In this document: positions 1 to 9,967 of the stretch, one piece after another
Layout: the number at the start of each line of letters is the position of its first letter
Numbering within the stretch: the first letter of the stretch is position 1
Assembly: GCA_003644385.1 (NCBI GenBank)
Contig: QNCD01000001.1
Location: 598-64,597, forward strand
Direction of reading: 5' to 3'
Length of the DNA: 64,000 nucleotides
Source: Candidatus Omnitrophota bacterium
GTDB lineage: Bacteria > Omnitrophota > Gorgyraeia > Gygaellales > Profunditerraquicolaceae
Translations under genes and position numbers: made by a program
The notes under the pieces: generated by a model
What the model was told of the DNA's origin: nothing
Seen by the model: the letters and a program-made list of their open reading frames with translations, nothing else
The model's database searches: none

Positions 1-232
1 AATAGTGTTTATCAGAAGGCGCCAGCTTTTGGCATAAATCCCGCATGTCTTGTATGAGGCCTGGCTCATACTCAAAAGTAGTAATGGCAGCAGTAGAGCC
101 AATGACAAAAACCGTTAAATTACCCTTACTCAGCCTGGAAGATTCCAGTATTTCAGAAAGTTGGGGGGTGATATTCAACAGATCTGGGTTTCCCCGCGTA
201 GATAACTCTATTTTTTTGTTTATCACATTCAT
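1..232 (-). CDS. YjbQ/UPF0047 family protein (5' part; runs off the window start)
   Basis: Not in the ORF track. Hand translation from ATG at 232: MNVINKKIELSTRGNPDLLNITPQL...GNLTVFVIGSTAAITTFEYEPGL, a typical YjbQ N-terminus. Confidence 0.85.
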   Translation of the reverse strand, partial: MNVINKKIELSTRGNPDLLNITPQLSEILESSRLSKGNLTVFVIGSTAAITTFEYEPGLIQDMRDLCQKLAPSDKHY

Positions 233-408
233 AGCTTATATCTGGAAATAAAATAACTATTAAGCTTTAAAAATTTAACAGCAACTGTTTAATTTGCAAT
301 AATATACGTTCCTGATAAAATATTCGCTCTAAAGGCTAAAGACAAACAAATATAATAGCATAAGCAGAGGCCGGTGGCAATAGATTTCCACTGCTGTTTA
401 AGGATGAA

Positions 409-448
409 AAAAGGCGGGAAAAAAGGATTATACCGGTTTTTTTACCCG
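409..448 (-). terminator. Probable intrinsic terminator after the GDT1-family gene
   Basis: On - strand: CGGGTAAAAAAA...TTTTTTCCCG stem followed by CCTTTTTT. Confidence 0.5.
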
Positions 449-450
449 TT

Positions 451-723
451 TTAAAGCTTACCTATTAACATAAACGCCCCTACCAAAATAAATAAAGAAG
501 CTGCCGTATATTTAATGAGCTCGGGACGGATGAACCTTCCTAGAGTAGATCCGATCAAAACAGAGAGCGCAGTTACTATAATATATGCGGAAACTGAACC
601 CAGCCACACGGTTAAAGGTTTTTGAGAACGGGAGGCCAAGGTCACCCCTACCATTTGTGTCTTATCTGCTAATTCCGCAAAAAATACAGCCGAAAACGTA
701 ACCGCAAATAGTTTCCAATTCAT
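451..723 (-). CDS. TMEM165/GDT1 (UPF0016) family Mn/Ca transporter, single-repeat form
   Basis: FFAELADKTQ resembles the E-phi-G-D-K-T motif; three hydrophobic helices. Confidence 0.85.
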   Translation of the reverse strand: MNWKLFAVTFSAVFFAELADKTQMVGVTLASRSQKPLTVWLGSVSAYIIVTALSVLIGSTLGRFIRPELIKYTAASLFILVGAFMLIGKL

Positions 724-774
724 GCTTATTTCTCCTTTTCTAAATATTTTCTAAATAAATACCGTAAAAACATA

Positions 775-1761
775 TTAAAACCTGCTCTTTAAACCCTGCC
801 TGTTATCAATACCATGATCCAATACCCTGCGGTTGACCATAAAATTACTCCCCGGTAATTCCTTAAGATGTTTTTTTATTTCCGAAGAGATATCTGAAAT
901 CATAAGTAAATTCAACATTGCCTCTTTAGAGTTGTTTACAATCGCAATGGATAAGCTCATTAAAGGAATGCGCCTGGTCTTTCCGGTTCTGTCGCTAGAG
1001 ATAATAAAACCGTTTTTTTTGTCTGCCTGAGAATAAAAACCAGAGGATCTTGAATCAAAATCCCTGATAATACCCTTGGCAATCAGTTCTGAATCGTCGC
1101 AAGAACTAATAACCGCAAAATCATCCCCGCCGATGTGCCCTAAAAAAGCCTGTTCATTCTTATTTTGCTCTTCTTTTACTTTTTTAGAAATAATTTTTGC
1201 AGTTTCCGTAATCACCTCATCGCCCTTTAAATAGCCGTATTTGTCATTATAGGATTTAAAATTGTCAATATCGATATAGAGAAATGAAAATTCTTTTTTT
1301 GCTCTCAACCTGTTGTTAAGTTCTTTGTTAATGAGCCTGTTCCCCGGTAATCCGGTTAATGCATTAGCATCAAAATGATGGGCTGCCGAGCGAAGCGCCA
1401 GAATTATCCTGACTTCCAGATCAATAGGGTCCGGAGGCTTAATCAAATAATCATCCACTCCCTCTTCAATAATAAGCAAGTCTCTTCTTAATTGTCTTTT
1501 ATCAATTAAAATAATGGTAGGCGTATAGGCAGTAAGAAAATCGTGTTTGATATTTTTACAGATCTCAAGTCCTCTCTTACCCTGGAAGCTTGAGTCAATA
1601 ATAATTAACGCTGGAGATTCTCTCTTTATGTACTCCACCACTTCCTCTTCTCGCTCAACTATAACTACAATGTATCCCCAGGCCTTAAGAATCCAAACCA
1701 GCATCTCTTCTAATTTTGTTTCTGCTACTGCCAAGGCTATTTTATAGGAATCTTTCTGCAT
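775..1761 (-). CDS. Receiver domain plus GGDEF diguanylate cyclase (GGDDF type)
   Basis: Receiver with GVDDYLIKP; LTGLPGN, DIDNFKSYNDKYGYLKGD and HIGGDDF motifs. Confidence 0.9.
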   Translation of the reverse strand: MQKDSYKIALAVAETKLEEMLVWILKAWGYIVVIVEREEEVVEYIKRESPALIIIDSSFQGKRGLEICKNIKHDFLTAYTPTIILIDKRQLRRDLLIIEEGVDDYLIKPPDPIDLEVRIILALRSAAHHFDANALTGLPGNRLINKELNNRLRAKKEFSFLYIDIDNFKSYNDKYGYLKGDEVITETAKIISKKVKEEQNKNEQAFLGHIGGDDFAVISSCDDSELIAKGIIRDFDSRSSGFYSQADKKNGFIISSDRTGKTRRIPLMSLSIAIVNNSKEAMLNLLMISDISSEIKKHLKELPGSNFMVNRRVLDHGIDNRQGLKSRF

Positions 1762-1791
1762 TTTTAATATTATGGCACGGATTTATTGATT

Positions 1792-2679
1792 TTAATATTT
1801 TATTTGAAGGCGTAACTCGGTATAAACCGTATCTTTAAGATTTACCTTGCCCTCATCGTCTCTATACTTAAAAGAGCGGTTGAAATCAGCTCCCACACAA
1901 AAAGAAGCTTCCAGGGCAGGTTGGAATTTCAATCTTAGCCCTCCGCCTAAACGCATGCCCTTATAGCGTAAAACCACATTCTCAGAGTCGCCGCGGTCTA
2001 CTTCAAATTCGCTGTTTATAGAGCTAGAGCCTTCTACAAATAAAGCCAGGGATTCATCCAGCATATAAGTAATGTTCGGGCGGATAGGTATAAGATTAAA
2101 TCTTAATTTATCGTTAGGTTTGTATATTAATCCTACCGCCGGTAAAATCTCGTTTTCATAGTCGGGATAAAAGCTAAAGCCCGCCAAAAAGGTTAGTTTT
2201 TCGCTTGGTTGGCGGATAATCAAATAGTAAAAAGGTGTACGAAAACCAGAAGTTTCAGATTCAAAATCGTCGCCGTAAAAAGCCGGAGATATTCCTAAAA
2301 GTTGATAAGTCTTATCGAGACTAAAAAAGGGCAGGATTATTTCCAGTCCCAAGGCCAGGCCGTTTAAGTGTGAAGGCAAGTCTACATTATCTACACTAGA
2401 GTTTATATTAACATAACTGCTGTCCAGGTAAAACTTCATCGGAATCTTATCAAATAATTTAAAATCGTACCCATATTGAGTTGCTGCTTCAGCAATCTCT
2501 ATTTTGCCCGGCATCGCCTCTACGCTGCGCGAAGGCATATACCTTATGTAAGAATCAAGTTCAGTGTACATAATGCCCGCTGGTTTTTCTTGGGGGTAGG
2601 CATTAATTAAAAAACAGTAAGCTAATATTATCTGCAGCAACAAGCTAAAACAAACCGTATTTTTAGCTCCTCTAAACAT
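1792..2679 (-). CDS. Outer-membrane beta-barrel protein (DUF6268-like)
   Basis: Signal peptide, alternating amphipathic strands, ILPAVGLIYKPN segment, C-terminal aromatic residue (QIKY). Confidence 0.6.
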   Translation of the reverse strand: MFRGAKNTVCFSLLLQIILAYCFLINAYPQEKPAGIMYTELDSYIRYMPSRSVEAMPGKIEIAEAATQYGYDFKLFDKIPMKFYLDSSYVNINSSVDNVDLPSHLNGLALGLEIILPFFSLDKTYQLLGISPAFYGDDFESETSGFRTPFYYLIIRQPSEKLTFLAGFSFYPDYENEILPAVGLIYKPNDKLRFNLIPIRPNITYMLDESLALFVEGSSSINSEFEVDRGDSENVVLRYKGMRLGGGLRLKFQPALEASFCVGADFNRSFKYRDDEGKVNLKDTVYTELRLQIKY

Positions 2680-2693
2680 TTCTTGTTCCCTCG

Positions 2694-3980
2694 CTAGCCA
2701 GGCTGCTGCTCTATAAAATTATTTATATACTCTAAGTTCTTCCGGGTTGCTCCGCTGTGCTGCAGAATTATTTCCATGGCCTGTCCGCATAACCGTTTAA
2801 CCTTTAAGGGGTCATTTAATAACTCTCTGATGTTAACTTCCAGCCCTCTAAAATCCTCAACCATAATTGCTGCTTTAGCTTTCAGAAACGAATTGGCAAT
2901 ATCGCGAAAATTGAACATATACGGACCGAAGATTACCGGCTTACCCAATGCTGCCGGTTCCAGAATATTATGTCCGCCTTTTTTCACCAGGCTCCCCCCA
3001 ATAAACACAACGTCGGCTAAAATATAAAAGGATAAAAGTTGGCCTATTGTATCCAAAATAAATACGGCTTGAGGCTTAAGCTTATCCGGGTCACTGCTTA
3101 AATTAGAAATTAATAGCGGATTGAACCCGGATTTCAATACCAGTTTTTCGATATTCGCTGAACGCTCAGGGTGACGCGGCGCAAACAGAAGCCTTAATCC
3201 GGGGAATTCTTTGCGTAAATTTTTATAAACTGCTAAAATTCCTTCTTCCTCTTGCGCATGGGTGCTGCCGGCGACCAATAATTTTTCCTGCGGCCCTAAT
3301 TTTAAAAGCTGTGCGGCTGGGCCTGCCTGGAAAGCAGCCTTCTCTTGGAAAGACAATGTATTATCAAATTTCATATTACCGCTTACTTGGATTTTATTTT
3401 CTTCTACGCCTAAAGACAATAGTCTCTTCTTATCAGTAGAAGTCTGCACGCAAAAAAGGCTGACTTTATTTAAAACCGGCCTTAAGAAGGGCTTTAATAA
3501 ACGGTATCCCTTAAACGACTTATCCGAAATTCTTCCGTTTATCAATACTATAGGAACATTTCGACGGTAAAGAAAGGTAATCAAATTCGGCCAGATTTCA
3601 GTCTCAGCAATAACAAAAAGGCTAGGCTGAATCGAACTTATGACGCGTTTTACAATGAAACTAAAGTCTAAAGGCAGGTAAGTAACAAAATCCCGCTCTG
3701 AGGCCAAGCTTTTGGCAATTTTATTTCCGGTAGAAGTCACAGTAGAAATGACCAGATTCTTATCAGGATGAGCAATTTTTATTTTCTCGATTAATCCCCT
3801 GATTGCTACGGCTTCCCCCACGCTGACTGCGTGTATCCAAATAGGACGGTTTAATTTTAATTCTTCAGGCAGAAACCCTAAACGCGAAAGAAATCCTGCG
3901 TGGAATTTACGCCTGAACAAATATACCGGAAGATGGACTAAAGAAATTAACAAAAATACTAAATCATACAATATAAACAT
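2694..3980 (-). CDS. waaA: 3-deoxy-D-manno-octulosonic acid transferase
   Basis: WIHAVSVGE, AETEIWPN, APRHPER and GGHNILEPA motifs. Confidence 0.96.
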   Translation of the reverse strand: MFILYDLVFLLISLVHLPVYLFRRKFHAGFLSRLGFLPEELKLNRPIWIHAVSVGEAVAIRGLIEKIKIAHPDKNLVISTVTSTGNKIAKSLASERDFVTYLPLDFSFIVKRVISSIQPSLFVIAETEIWPNLITFLYRRNVPIVLINGRISDKSFKGYRLLKPFLRPVLNKVSLFCVQTSTDKKRLLSLGVEENKIQVSGNMKFDNTLSFQEKAAFQAGPAAQLLKLGPQEKLLVAGSTHAQEEEGILAVYKNLRKEFPGLRLLFAPRHPERSANIEKLVLKSGFNPLLISNLSSDPDKLKPQAVFILDTIGQLLSFYILADVVFIGGSLVKKGGHNILEPAALGKPVIFGPYMFNFRDIANSFLKAKAAIMVEDFRGLEVNIRELLNDPLKVKRLCGQAMEIILQHSGATRKNLEYINNFIEQQPG

Positions 3981-4000
3981 AACTTGTTGAATTATACCTA

Positions 4001-4035
4001 ATGCACCGTACTCGGTACACCGAACACCGCACTCA
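4001..4035. repeat. Degenerate 7-bp tandem repeat (GTACTCG GTACACC GAACACC GCACTCA)
   Basis: Period-7 array in the xerC-waaA spacer; same family as 15971-16059. Confidence 0.7.
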
Positions 4036-4037
4036 AA

Positions 4038-4898
4038 TTAGGCTCGGGGATGCGCTTTATTATAAATGCTTTTTAACCTCTCAGTAGTAAGGTGCGTATA
4101 AACCTGAGTGGTAGATAAATTCGCATGGCCTAGCAACTCTTGCACACTCCTTAAATCCGCTCCCCGGTTCAAAAGGTGGGTGGCAAAAGAATGCCTTAAG
4201 GTATGGCAGGAAACCCCCTGCCTGCCGCAAGCCAAGCGCAGATATTTTTTTACGATATTCCTTATACCCCTGTCGGAGATGCGGGTTTTATTTTTATTTA
4301 AGAATAATACCGGAGAATCCTTTTTCCTCTTATCCAGATAATCACGTATTGCCGAAAGGGCAATATCTCCAACAGGAACAATACGCTCTTTTTTGCCTTT
4401 ACCCGCCACCTTAACTATGCCGCCGATAAAATCTATATCATCGATATTTAACCCGGCGAGTTCGCTTACCCTTATTCCAGTGCTGTAAAATAGTTCTAAT
4501 ATTGCTTTATCGCGAAACCCCATCTCTTCTTTTGCTTTGACTGCCCCCAGTAAACGCAAAACCTCTTCCTCTGTCAAAAATAAAGGGAGATACCTTTCCT
4601 GCTTGGGGGTTAAAACGCTTAATATAGGATTATTCTTTAAAAAACCTTCGCGGGTTAAAAATTTGAAAAAAGACCTGAGCGTCGAAAGCCGGCGGGCAAC
4701 ACTCTTATTTTTAAGATTTTTTCTTTTCAATTGCGCCAGGTATTTCCTTAAGAGAAGGTAGTCTATTTTTTCTAAGGGTAGCTCTTTAAAAAAATTCATG
4801 AAATCTTCCAGATCTAAGCGGTAATTAAGTATAGTATGAGAGGAATAATTTTTTTCGATTTCTAAGTACCTGGCAAATTTTTCAATATATCTTTGCAT
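4038..4898 (-). CDS. xerC: Tyrosine recombinase XerC
   Basis: STGIRVSEL, GKGKKERIVP, HTLRHSFATHLL, LLGHANLSTTQVY; dprA-topA-xerC synteny. Confidence 0.9.
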   Translation of the reverse strand: MQRYIEKFARYLEIEKNYSSHTILNYRLDLEDFMNFFKELPLEKIDYLLLRKYLAQLKRKNLKNKSVARRLSTLRSFFKFLTREGFLKNNPILSVLTPKQERYLPLFLTEEEVLRLLGAVKAKEEMGFRDKAILELFYSTGIRVSELAGLNIDDIDFIGGIVKVAGKGKKERIVPVGDIALSAIRDYLDKRKKDSPVLFLNKNKTRISDRGIRNIVKKYLRLACGRQGVSCHTLRHSFATHLLNRGADLRSVQELLGHANLSTTQVYTHLTTERLKSIYNKAHPRA

Positions 4899-4903
4899 TT
4901 TAA

Positions 4904-6883
4904 CTATGCGGGCTCAGGAAGAGTGTTGCTGATAAACCTGCATTTGGGATAATTTGTGCAGCCGTAGAAATGGCCCCTCCTGGAATAACGCTCCACTAAT
5001 TCTCCGTTGCATCCGGCTTGAGGGCACTTAACCCCGGTAGTTATAGCCTTGGAATTTTTACAATTAGGAAAATCAGAACAACTCAAGAATTTTCCTTTTC
5101 TTCCCCATTTAACAACCATAGGTTTGCCGCATTTATCGCATATCTGGTCGCTTACGATTACTTCTTTTTTTATGTGCTTCTGGGCAAAATCAAGGTTTTC
5201 CTTAAAAGGAAGGTAAAAATCCTGCAGGACTTTCAATCTTCCAATCTGGCCCTCTTCTATTTCATCAAGCTCCTCCTCCATTGTTGCGGTGAACTTCACA
5301 TTCATCACCCGCGGGAAATACTCTACCAGTAAATCGCTGACCATACAACCCAATTCCGTAGGGTGAAAATATCCTTTAATCCTGCGGATATAATGACGCA
5401 AAATCAGGGTATAAATTATCGGCGCATAGGTAGACGGACGGCCTATACCCTCTTCTTCTAAAATCTTGATTAAAGAACTGTCTGAAAATCTGGGCGGTGC
5501 CTTTGTAAAATGCTGCGAAGTTATCAATTCTATAAGTTTGAGAGTTTCGTCTTTTTTTAACTCGGGAAGCTTGTCTTTTTTTTCTTTATTTTCTTCTTCC
5601 TCCAGATTATAACAAGCCAGGAAACCGTCAAAAATTAAACTGAATCCGGAAGCACTGAATATATAATTTTCCGCTTTTATTTCTACTGAAGTATTTAAAT
5701 AACGCGCTGGCGTCATCTGGCTGGCCAGGAAGCGCCGGTAAATCAACTCGTAAAGCTTGTACTGATCCGGTGTAAGATAGTTTTTAAGGTTCTCCGGTCG
5801 GTGCGAAATTAAAGTAGGGCGGATTGCCTCGTGTGCTGCCTGGACATGTTTTTTTACTTTATAGAAATTAGGCTTAGCTGGTAAATAATCCTTACCGTAA
5901 TTTTGCGCAATAAAAACCCTTACCTGGTTTAATGCCTCCTCTGCGACATGCGTAGAATCCGTGCGCATATAAGTGATTAAACCGACCGGGCTCTCCTGGC
6001 CGATATCTATTCCTTCATAAAGTTGCTGCGCTATCCTCATGGTTTTATTGGCGTTAAACCTTAGCTTATTAAATGCATCCTGCTGTAATGTACTGGTAAT
6101 AAAAGGCGCATAAGGAGAACGTTTTTTTTCGGCCTGTTTAACTTGAGAAACAATAAACTGCTTATTTTTTATATCCGCAACCAGAGAATCGGCCTGTGCC
6201 TTGTCTTTGATTTCTGCTTTTTTATCCCCTATCTTTATAAGTTTTGCTGAGAAAGGACTGACAGTTGAACGCTGAGAAATGAGAGCTTGAACCAGTTTCG
6301 CCTCAATTTCCCAGTATTCCTGAGGCTTGAAATTATTAATCTGTTTTTCCCTTTCTACGATTTGCCTTAAGGCTACAGACTGCACTCTTCCTGCGCTTAA
6401 ACCCCGGGCGATTTTTTTCCAGAGCAGAGGACTTAAAAAATAACCCACCAGACGATCCAGCACCCTGCGTCCGATTTGAGCCTCGACCATATTTAGGTCA
6501 AAATCACGGGGATTTTTGAACGCTTCTTTTACCGCCTGCGGCGTAATTTCATGAAAAACAACGCGCCAAACTTTTTTATTGTTAAAAAGCTTATTTTTAA
6601 TATGCCAGCCAATAGCTTCCCCTTCCCGGTCCGGATCAGTAGCAACAAAAATGTCTTCTTTATTTTTAGATTCTTTCTTTAGCATGGTCAGCGTCTTATT
6701 TCTACCGTGAATAACTTCGTAAGAGGGCTGGAAGCCTTTTTCTATCTCTACACCTAATTTGCTTGCCGGCAGATCAATGAGGTGGCCGTATGATGCGACA
6801 ACGCAATAACTCTTGCCTAATATCTTGCCTAATGTTTTTGCCTTGGTAGGAGACTCTACAATAACTAAAGATGTTTTCTTCAT
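4904..6883 (-). CDS. topA: DNA topoisomerase I
   Basis: IVESPTKA, ATDPDREGEAI, SAGRVQS, ITYMRTD; C-terminal C4 zinc ribbons. Confidence 0.97.
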   Translation of the reverse strand: MKKTSLVIVESPTKAKTLGKILGKSYCVVASYGHLIDLPASKLGVEIEKGFQPSYEVIHGRNKTLTMLKKESKNKEDIFVATDPDREGEAIGWHIKNKLFNNKKVWRVVFHEITPQAVKEAFKNPRDFDLNMVEAQIGRRVLDRLVGYFLSPLLWKKIARGLSAGRVQSVALRQIVEREKQINNFKPQEYWEIEAKLVQALISQRSTVSPFSAKLIKIGDKKAEIKDKAQADSLVADIKNKQFIVSQVKQAEKKRSPYAPFITSTLQQDAFNKLRFNANKTMRIAQQLYEGIDIGQESPVGLITYMRTDSTHVAEEALNQVRVFIAQNYGKDYLPAKPNFYKVKKHVQAAHEAIRPTLISHRPENLKNYLTPDQYKLYELIYRRFLASQMTPARYLNTSVEIKAENYIFSASGFSLIFDGFLACYNLEEEENKEKKDKLPELKKDETLKLIELITSQHFTKAPPRFSDSSLIKILEEEGIGRPSTYAPIIYTLILRHYIRRIKGYFHPTELGCMVSDLLVEYFPRVMNVKFTATMEEELDEIEEGQIGRLKVLQDFYLPFKENLDFAQKHIKKEVIVSDQICDKCGKPMVVKWGRKGKFLSCSDFPNCKNSKAITTGVKCPQAGCNGELVERYSRRGHFYGCTNYPKCRFISNTLPEPA

Positions 6884-6889
6884 TATATT

Positions 6890-7996
6890 TTAACTCCTTA
6901 TGAATTTTTTACCCGGTAATTGCTTGATAAGTTTTTTCATTTCTAAACCAAAGAGAGCCTGGAAAACGTCAGCAATACCACAAGCGCTCTTGCTGATTAT
7001 CTCGTCAAAGAGAACAGGTTCCCGGCAAATATTATTATAAATCAGGGATTCCCGGGCGCAAAGACTCTGGATTTTATCCGCTTTAAAAACTTGCTTTCTC
7101 TCGGATGAAAAACGCCTTTTATAAAACATTCTTTCGTCGAACTCTTCTAAAATATCATCTACGCATGTAACTGGTTTGGCCCCCTGCTGTATTAACGAGT
7201 TTACTCCTGATGAATTTGCGCTATCGATCTTTCCGGGAATGGCAAAAACCTCTCTTCCTTGCTCCAGTGCAAAGTCGCTAGTAATCAGCGCTCCGCTGTT
7301 TTTAGCCGCCTCCGCCACCAATACCCCTAAACTTAAACCGCTGATCAGACGGTTTCTTCTCGGAAAATTCTGTTTTAAGGGTTTTGAATCTAGGGAAAAC
7401 TCAGAAATGACCGCGCCTTTTTCCGCAATCTCTTCAGCTAAACTTAAATTCTCAGCAGGATAGATATGCTTAAAGCCGCTTCCGATAACTGCGATAGTGC
7501 GGCCGCCTGACTTTAGAGCTCCTTTATGCGCATAAGTATCAATGCCTCTGGCCATTCCTGAAACAATAGTTATTCCGTAAACAGATAAGTCAGCAGCGAA
7601 TTTTTGTGCAAAGGACAGACCGTAAAAAGAAGCCTGGCGGCTTCCGACTATAGCAATAGCTAAGGCATCTTCTCTTTTTAGTTCTCCCTTTATATATAAT
7701 ACTATCGGCGGATCGCTAATATGCTTTAAATTATGAGGATACTCGCTATTATCCTGAGTAATAATCTTAATGCCTAAATCCCTGGCCTGTTTGAATTCTT
7801 TATCCAAATCTTCATTGCGGCAATTAATTATCTTATCGGCAAGCTCATAATTTATACCGGAGACAGTAACTAATTTATCTGGGCTGGCTTCTAATATATC
7901 CTGCGGCCGGTTAAAATACTCTAAAAGCCTGTTCAGGCGGATGCTGCCGATACCTGCGGCCATATTTAATTTTACCAGCGCTTCGAGCTCTGTCAT
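6890..7996 (-). CDS. dprA: DNA-processing protein DprA
   Basis: AIVGSR, VSGMARGID, FPRRNRLISGLS, SGALIT motifs. Confidence 0.96.
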   Translation of the reverse strand: MTELEALVKLNMAAGIGSIRLNRLLEYFNRPQDILEASPDKLVTVSGINYELADKIINCRNEDLDKEFKQARDLGIKIITQDNSEYPHNLKHISDPPIVLYIKGELKREDALAIAIVGSRQASFYGLSFAQKFAADLSVYGITIVSGMARGIDTYAHKGALKSGGRTIAVIGSGFKHIYPAENLSLAEEIAEKGAVISEFSLDSKPLKQNFPRRNRLISGLSLGVLVAEAAKNSGALITSDFALEQGREVFAIPGKIDSANSSGVNSLIQQGAKPVTCVDDILEEFDERMFYKRRFSSERKQVFKADKIQSLCARESLIYNNICREPVLFDEIISKSACGIADVFQALFGLEMKKLIKQLPGKKFIRS

Positions 7997-8508
7997 TTTT
8001 TCTTAAGTTTAACTGTGGATTTCAATATTTTATCTGCTACCTGTTTTACTGTTAAACGGCTGGTATCTATAGTTTTATCTGCCCGGGCATAAAAGGGAGC
8101 TCTTAGCTTAAGTAAAAACTCTATTCTTTTTGCGGGATCGCTGACATTCAATAATGGCCGATGGGTTTGGCCTTTAGTGCGCTCAAGAATTACCCGGGGA
8201 CTTGCGGTCAAGCAGATAATCATACCTGTTTCTTTCATTATCTTGACATTAGTTTCATTAATTACGATTCCTCCGCCGCAGGCAACCACGAATTTTTTCT
8301 CCCTGGCCATTTCTTTAAGCACCCGGCTCTCTAGGCGACGGAAATGAGATTCTCCCTCTTGTGCAAAAATCGAATAGATGGTCCTTTCTTCTCTCAGTTC
8401 AATCAATTCATCGAGGTCCACAAAGCGCCATTTTTTCTTTTTAGCCAAAGCCTGGCCTACTGCTGTCTTACCAGTACCCATAAAGCCGACGAGATAAATG
8501 TTACTCAT
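7993..8508 (-). CDS. aroK: Shikimate kinase
   Basis: GFMGTGKT P-loop, DLDELIE, GGGIV, RPLL. Confidence 0.95.
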   Translation of the reverse strand: MSNIYLVGFMGTGKTAVGQALAKKKKWRFVDLDELIELREERTIYSIFAQEGESHFRRLESRVLKEMAREKKFVVACGGGIVINETNVKIMKETGMIICLTASPRVILERTKGQTHRPLLNVSDPAKRIEFLLKLRAPFYARADKTIDTSRLTVKQVADKILKSTVKLKKK

Positions 8509-8521
8509 CTGATTTAAATAA

Positions 8522-8615
8522 AGTCACAAGGCACAAAGACACAAGGCACAAGTAAGACTAGAAAATTAGTTAACCAGTTACAGCCTGTGACGTTGCGACC
8601 TTGTGTCTTGTAACC
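8522..8615. repeat. Inverted pair of GTCACAAG-type short tandem arrays
   Basis: aagtcacaaggcacaaagacacaaggcacaag (to about 8552) faces cctgtgacgttgcgaccttgtgtcttgtaac (from about 8584). Confidence 0.75.
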
Positions 8616-8622
8616 CATATTT

Positions 8623-8886
8623 TTACTCCTGATATGCTGCTAATACTACTTCGCTTAACTCTTGCTGCAACTCCTTTGTGGTCGGATAAACCGTGCTGTA
8701 CCACTTACCGTCTTTTCCCTGATGTCGAGGCATACTAACAAACAATCCGTTACTGCCGTTTACGATACGCAGGCCCTTTACTACAATGCCCCCGAGTGAA
8801 ACATCGGCAAAAGCCTTAAGCTTGGAATCGCCTTGGACCCGGTGAATACGGCTGACTTCAATCGTATTGCCTTCCATGTCTATCAC
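8623..8886 (-). CDS. spoVG: SpoVG family nucleic-acid-binding protein
   Basis: KLKAFADV, VVKGLRIVNGSNGLFVSMP; a strong AAGGAGGTG Shine-Dalgarno site suggests the start is MEGNT at 8877. Confidence 0.9.
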   Translation of the reverse strand: MIDMEGNTIEVSRIHRVQGDSKLKAFADVSLGGIVVKGLRIVNGSNGLFVSMPRHQGKDGKWYSTVYPTTKELQQELSEVVLAAYQE

Positions 8887-8923
8887 CTCCTTCTATACTA
8901 ATAGACGAAGGAAGTGACATTTT

Positions 8924-9964
8924 CTAACAGATTCTTTTTAAGTAATTCTGGTAATTATTCTTTATGTCAATTAACGCGTCGCTGCCGAATTTGTCTAAAA
9001 GCGCCTCGGCTAATACAAAAGCTACGGCTGACTCGGCAATTACCCCTGCGGACTCAACCGCGCAGATATCTGAACGCTCGACTGTTGCTTTAGCCGGCTT
9101 CTTGCTATTTATATTCACTGAATCCAAAGGATTAAGTAACGTAGATATAGGTTTCATGCAGGCGCGAATAATAATATTTTCTCCGTTAGAAACACCGCCC
9201 TCAATACCCCCGGCATTATTGGTCTTCCTGTAAAAGCCTTTGGCCTTGCTGTAGTAGATAGCGTCGTGCACCTGGGAACCGAATTTATCCGCACAGGCGA
9301 ATCCCATGCCGATTCCCACTGCTTTTATTCCCGGTATGGACATAATACTCTGCGTAAGTTTTGCGTCTAAACGCCGGTCAGCGCTGACATAGCTACCTAA
9401 GCCAACAGGTACGCCCTTAGCGATTACTTCAAATATACCTCCGAGAGTATCTTTTTTATTTCTGGCTTCTCTGACTTTTTTCAGGATCGCTGCTTTCTTA
9501 GATTCTGCACCGATAGATACAGATCTGCTGATTATTCTTATTTTAAACTCCTTTAAAAGCATTTTGCAAATTGCTCCAATGCCTACCCGGGCGGCAGTTT
9601 CACGCGCAGAAGCACGCTCCAACACGCACCTTATATCTTTGAAGCCATATTTTAATGCCCCGGCTAAATCCGCATGCCCTGGCCGAGCAAACTTAACTGT
9701 TCCAAGTCTCTCAATGCTAAAATCTTTATTCTCGATCAATATGGCAATCGGGCTGCCCAGGGTAACGCTCCCCTTTAAACCGGAAATTATCTGGGCTTTA
9801 TCTTTTTCAATCTGCATGCGCTTACCGCGGCCAACCCCCTGCTGCCTGCGCCTTAATTCATGGTTTATTTTTAAAGGATTAATTTTTAATCCTGCGGGCA
9901 TGCCTTCTAAAATAGCAACCAGAGTTCTTGCGTGTGATTCACCTGCGGTCAAGTATCTTAACAT
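8924..9964 (-). CDS. aroC: Chorismate synthase
   Basis: LTAGESH, RPGHAD, ERASARETAARV, NNAGGIEGG, MKPISTL, ERSD. Confidence 0.96.
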   Translation of the reverse strand: MLRYLTAGESHARTLVAILEGMPAGLKINPLKINHELRRRQQGVGRGKRMQIEKDKAQIISGLKGSVTLGSPIAILIENKDFSIERLGTVKFARPGHADLAGALKYGFKDIRCVLERASARETAARVGIGAICKMLLKEFKIRIISRSVSIGAESKKAAILKKVREARNKKDTLGGIFEVIAKGVPVGLGSYVSADRRLDAKLTQSIMSIPGIKAVGIGMGFACADKFGSQVHDAIYYSKAKGFYRKTNNAGGIEGGVSNGENIIIRACMKPISTLLNPLDSVNINSKKPAKATVERSDICAVESAGVIAESAVAFVLAEALLDKFGSDALIDIKNNYQNYLKRIC

Positions 9965-9967
9965 TTT

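Noticed and set aside
45-251. + strand 68-aa ORF
   Set aside because: Antisense shadow of the YjbQ-family gene on the - strand.
361-400. GCAG..GTGG/CCAC-TGC hairpin after a TATAAT, as a possible sRNA
   Set aside because: A single short hairpin with no recognisable family motif.
724-774. Possible yybP-ykoY Mn riboswitch before the GDT1 gene
   Set aside because: The spacer is only about 50 bp, AT-rich, and lacks the motif.
4038-4898. Tyrosine recombinase as a mobile-element integrase
   Set aside because: XerC-like size and motifs in the conserved dprA-topA-xerC housekeeping context.
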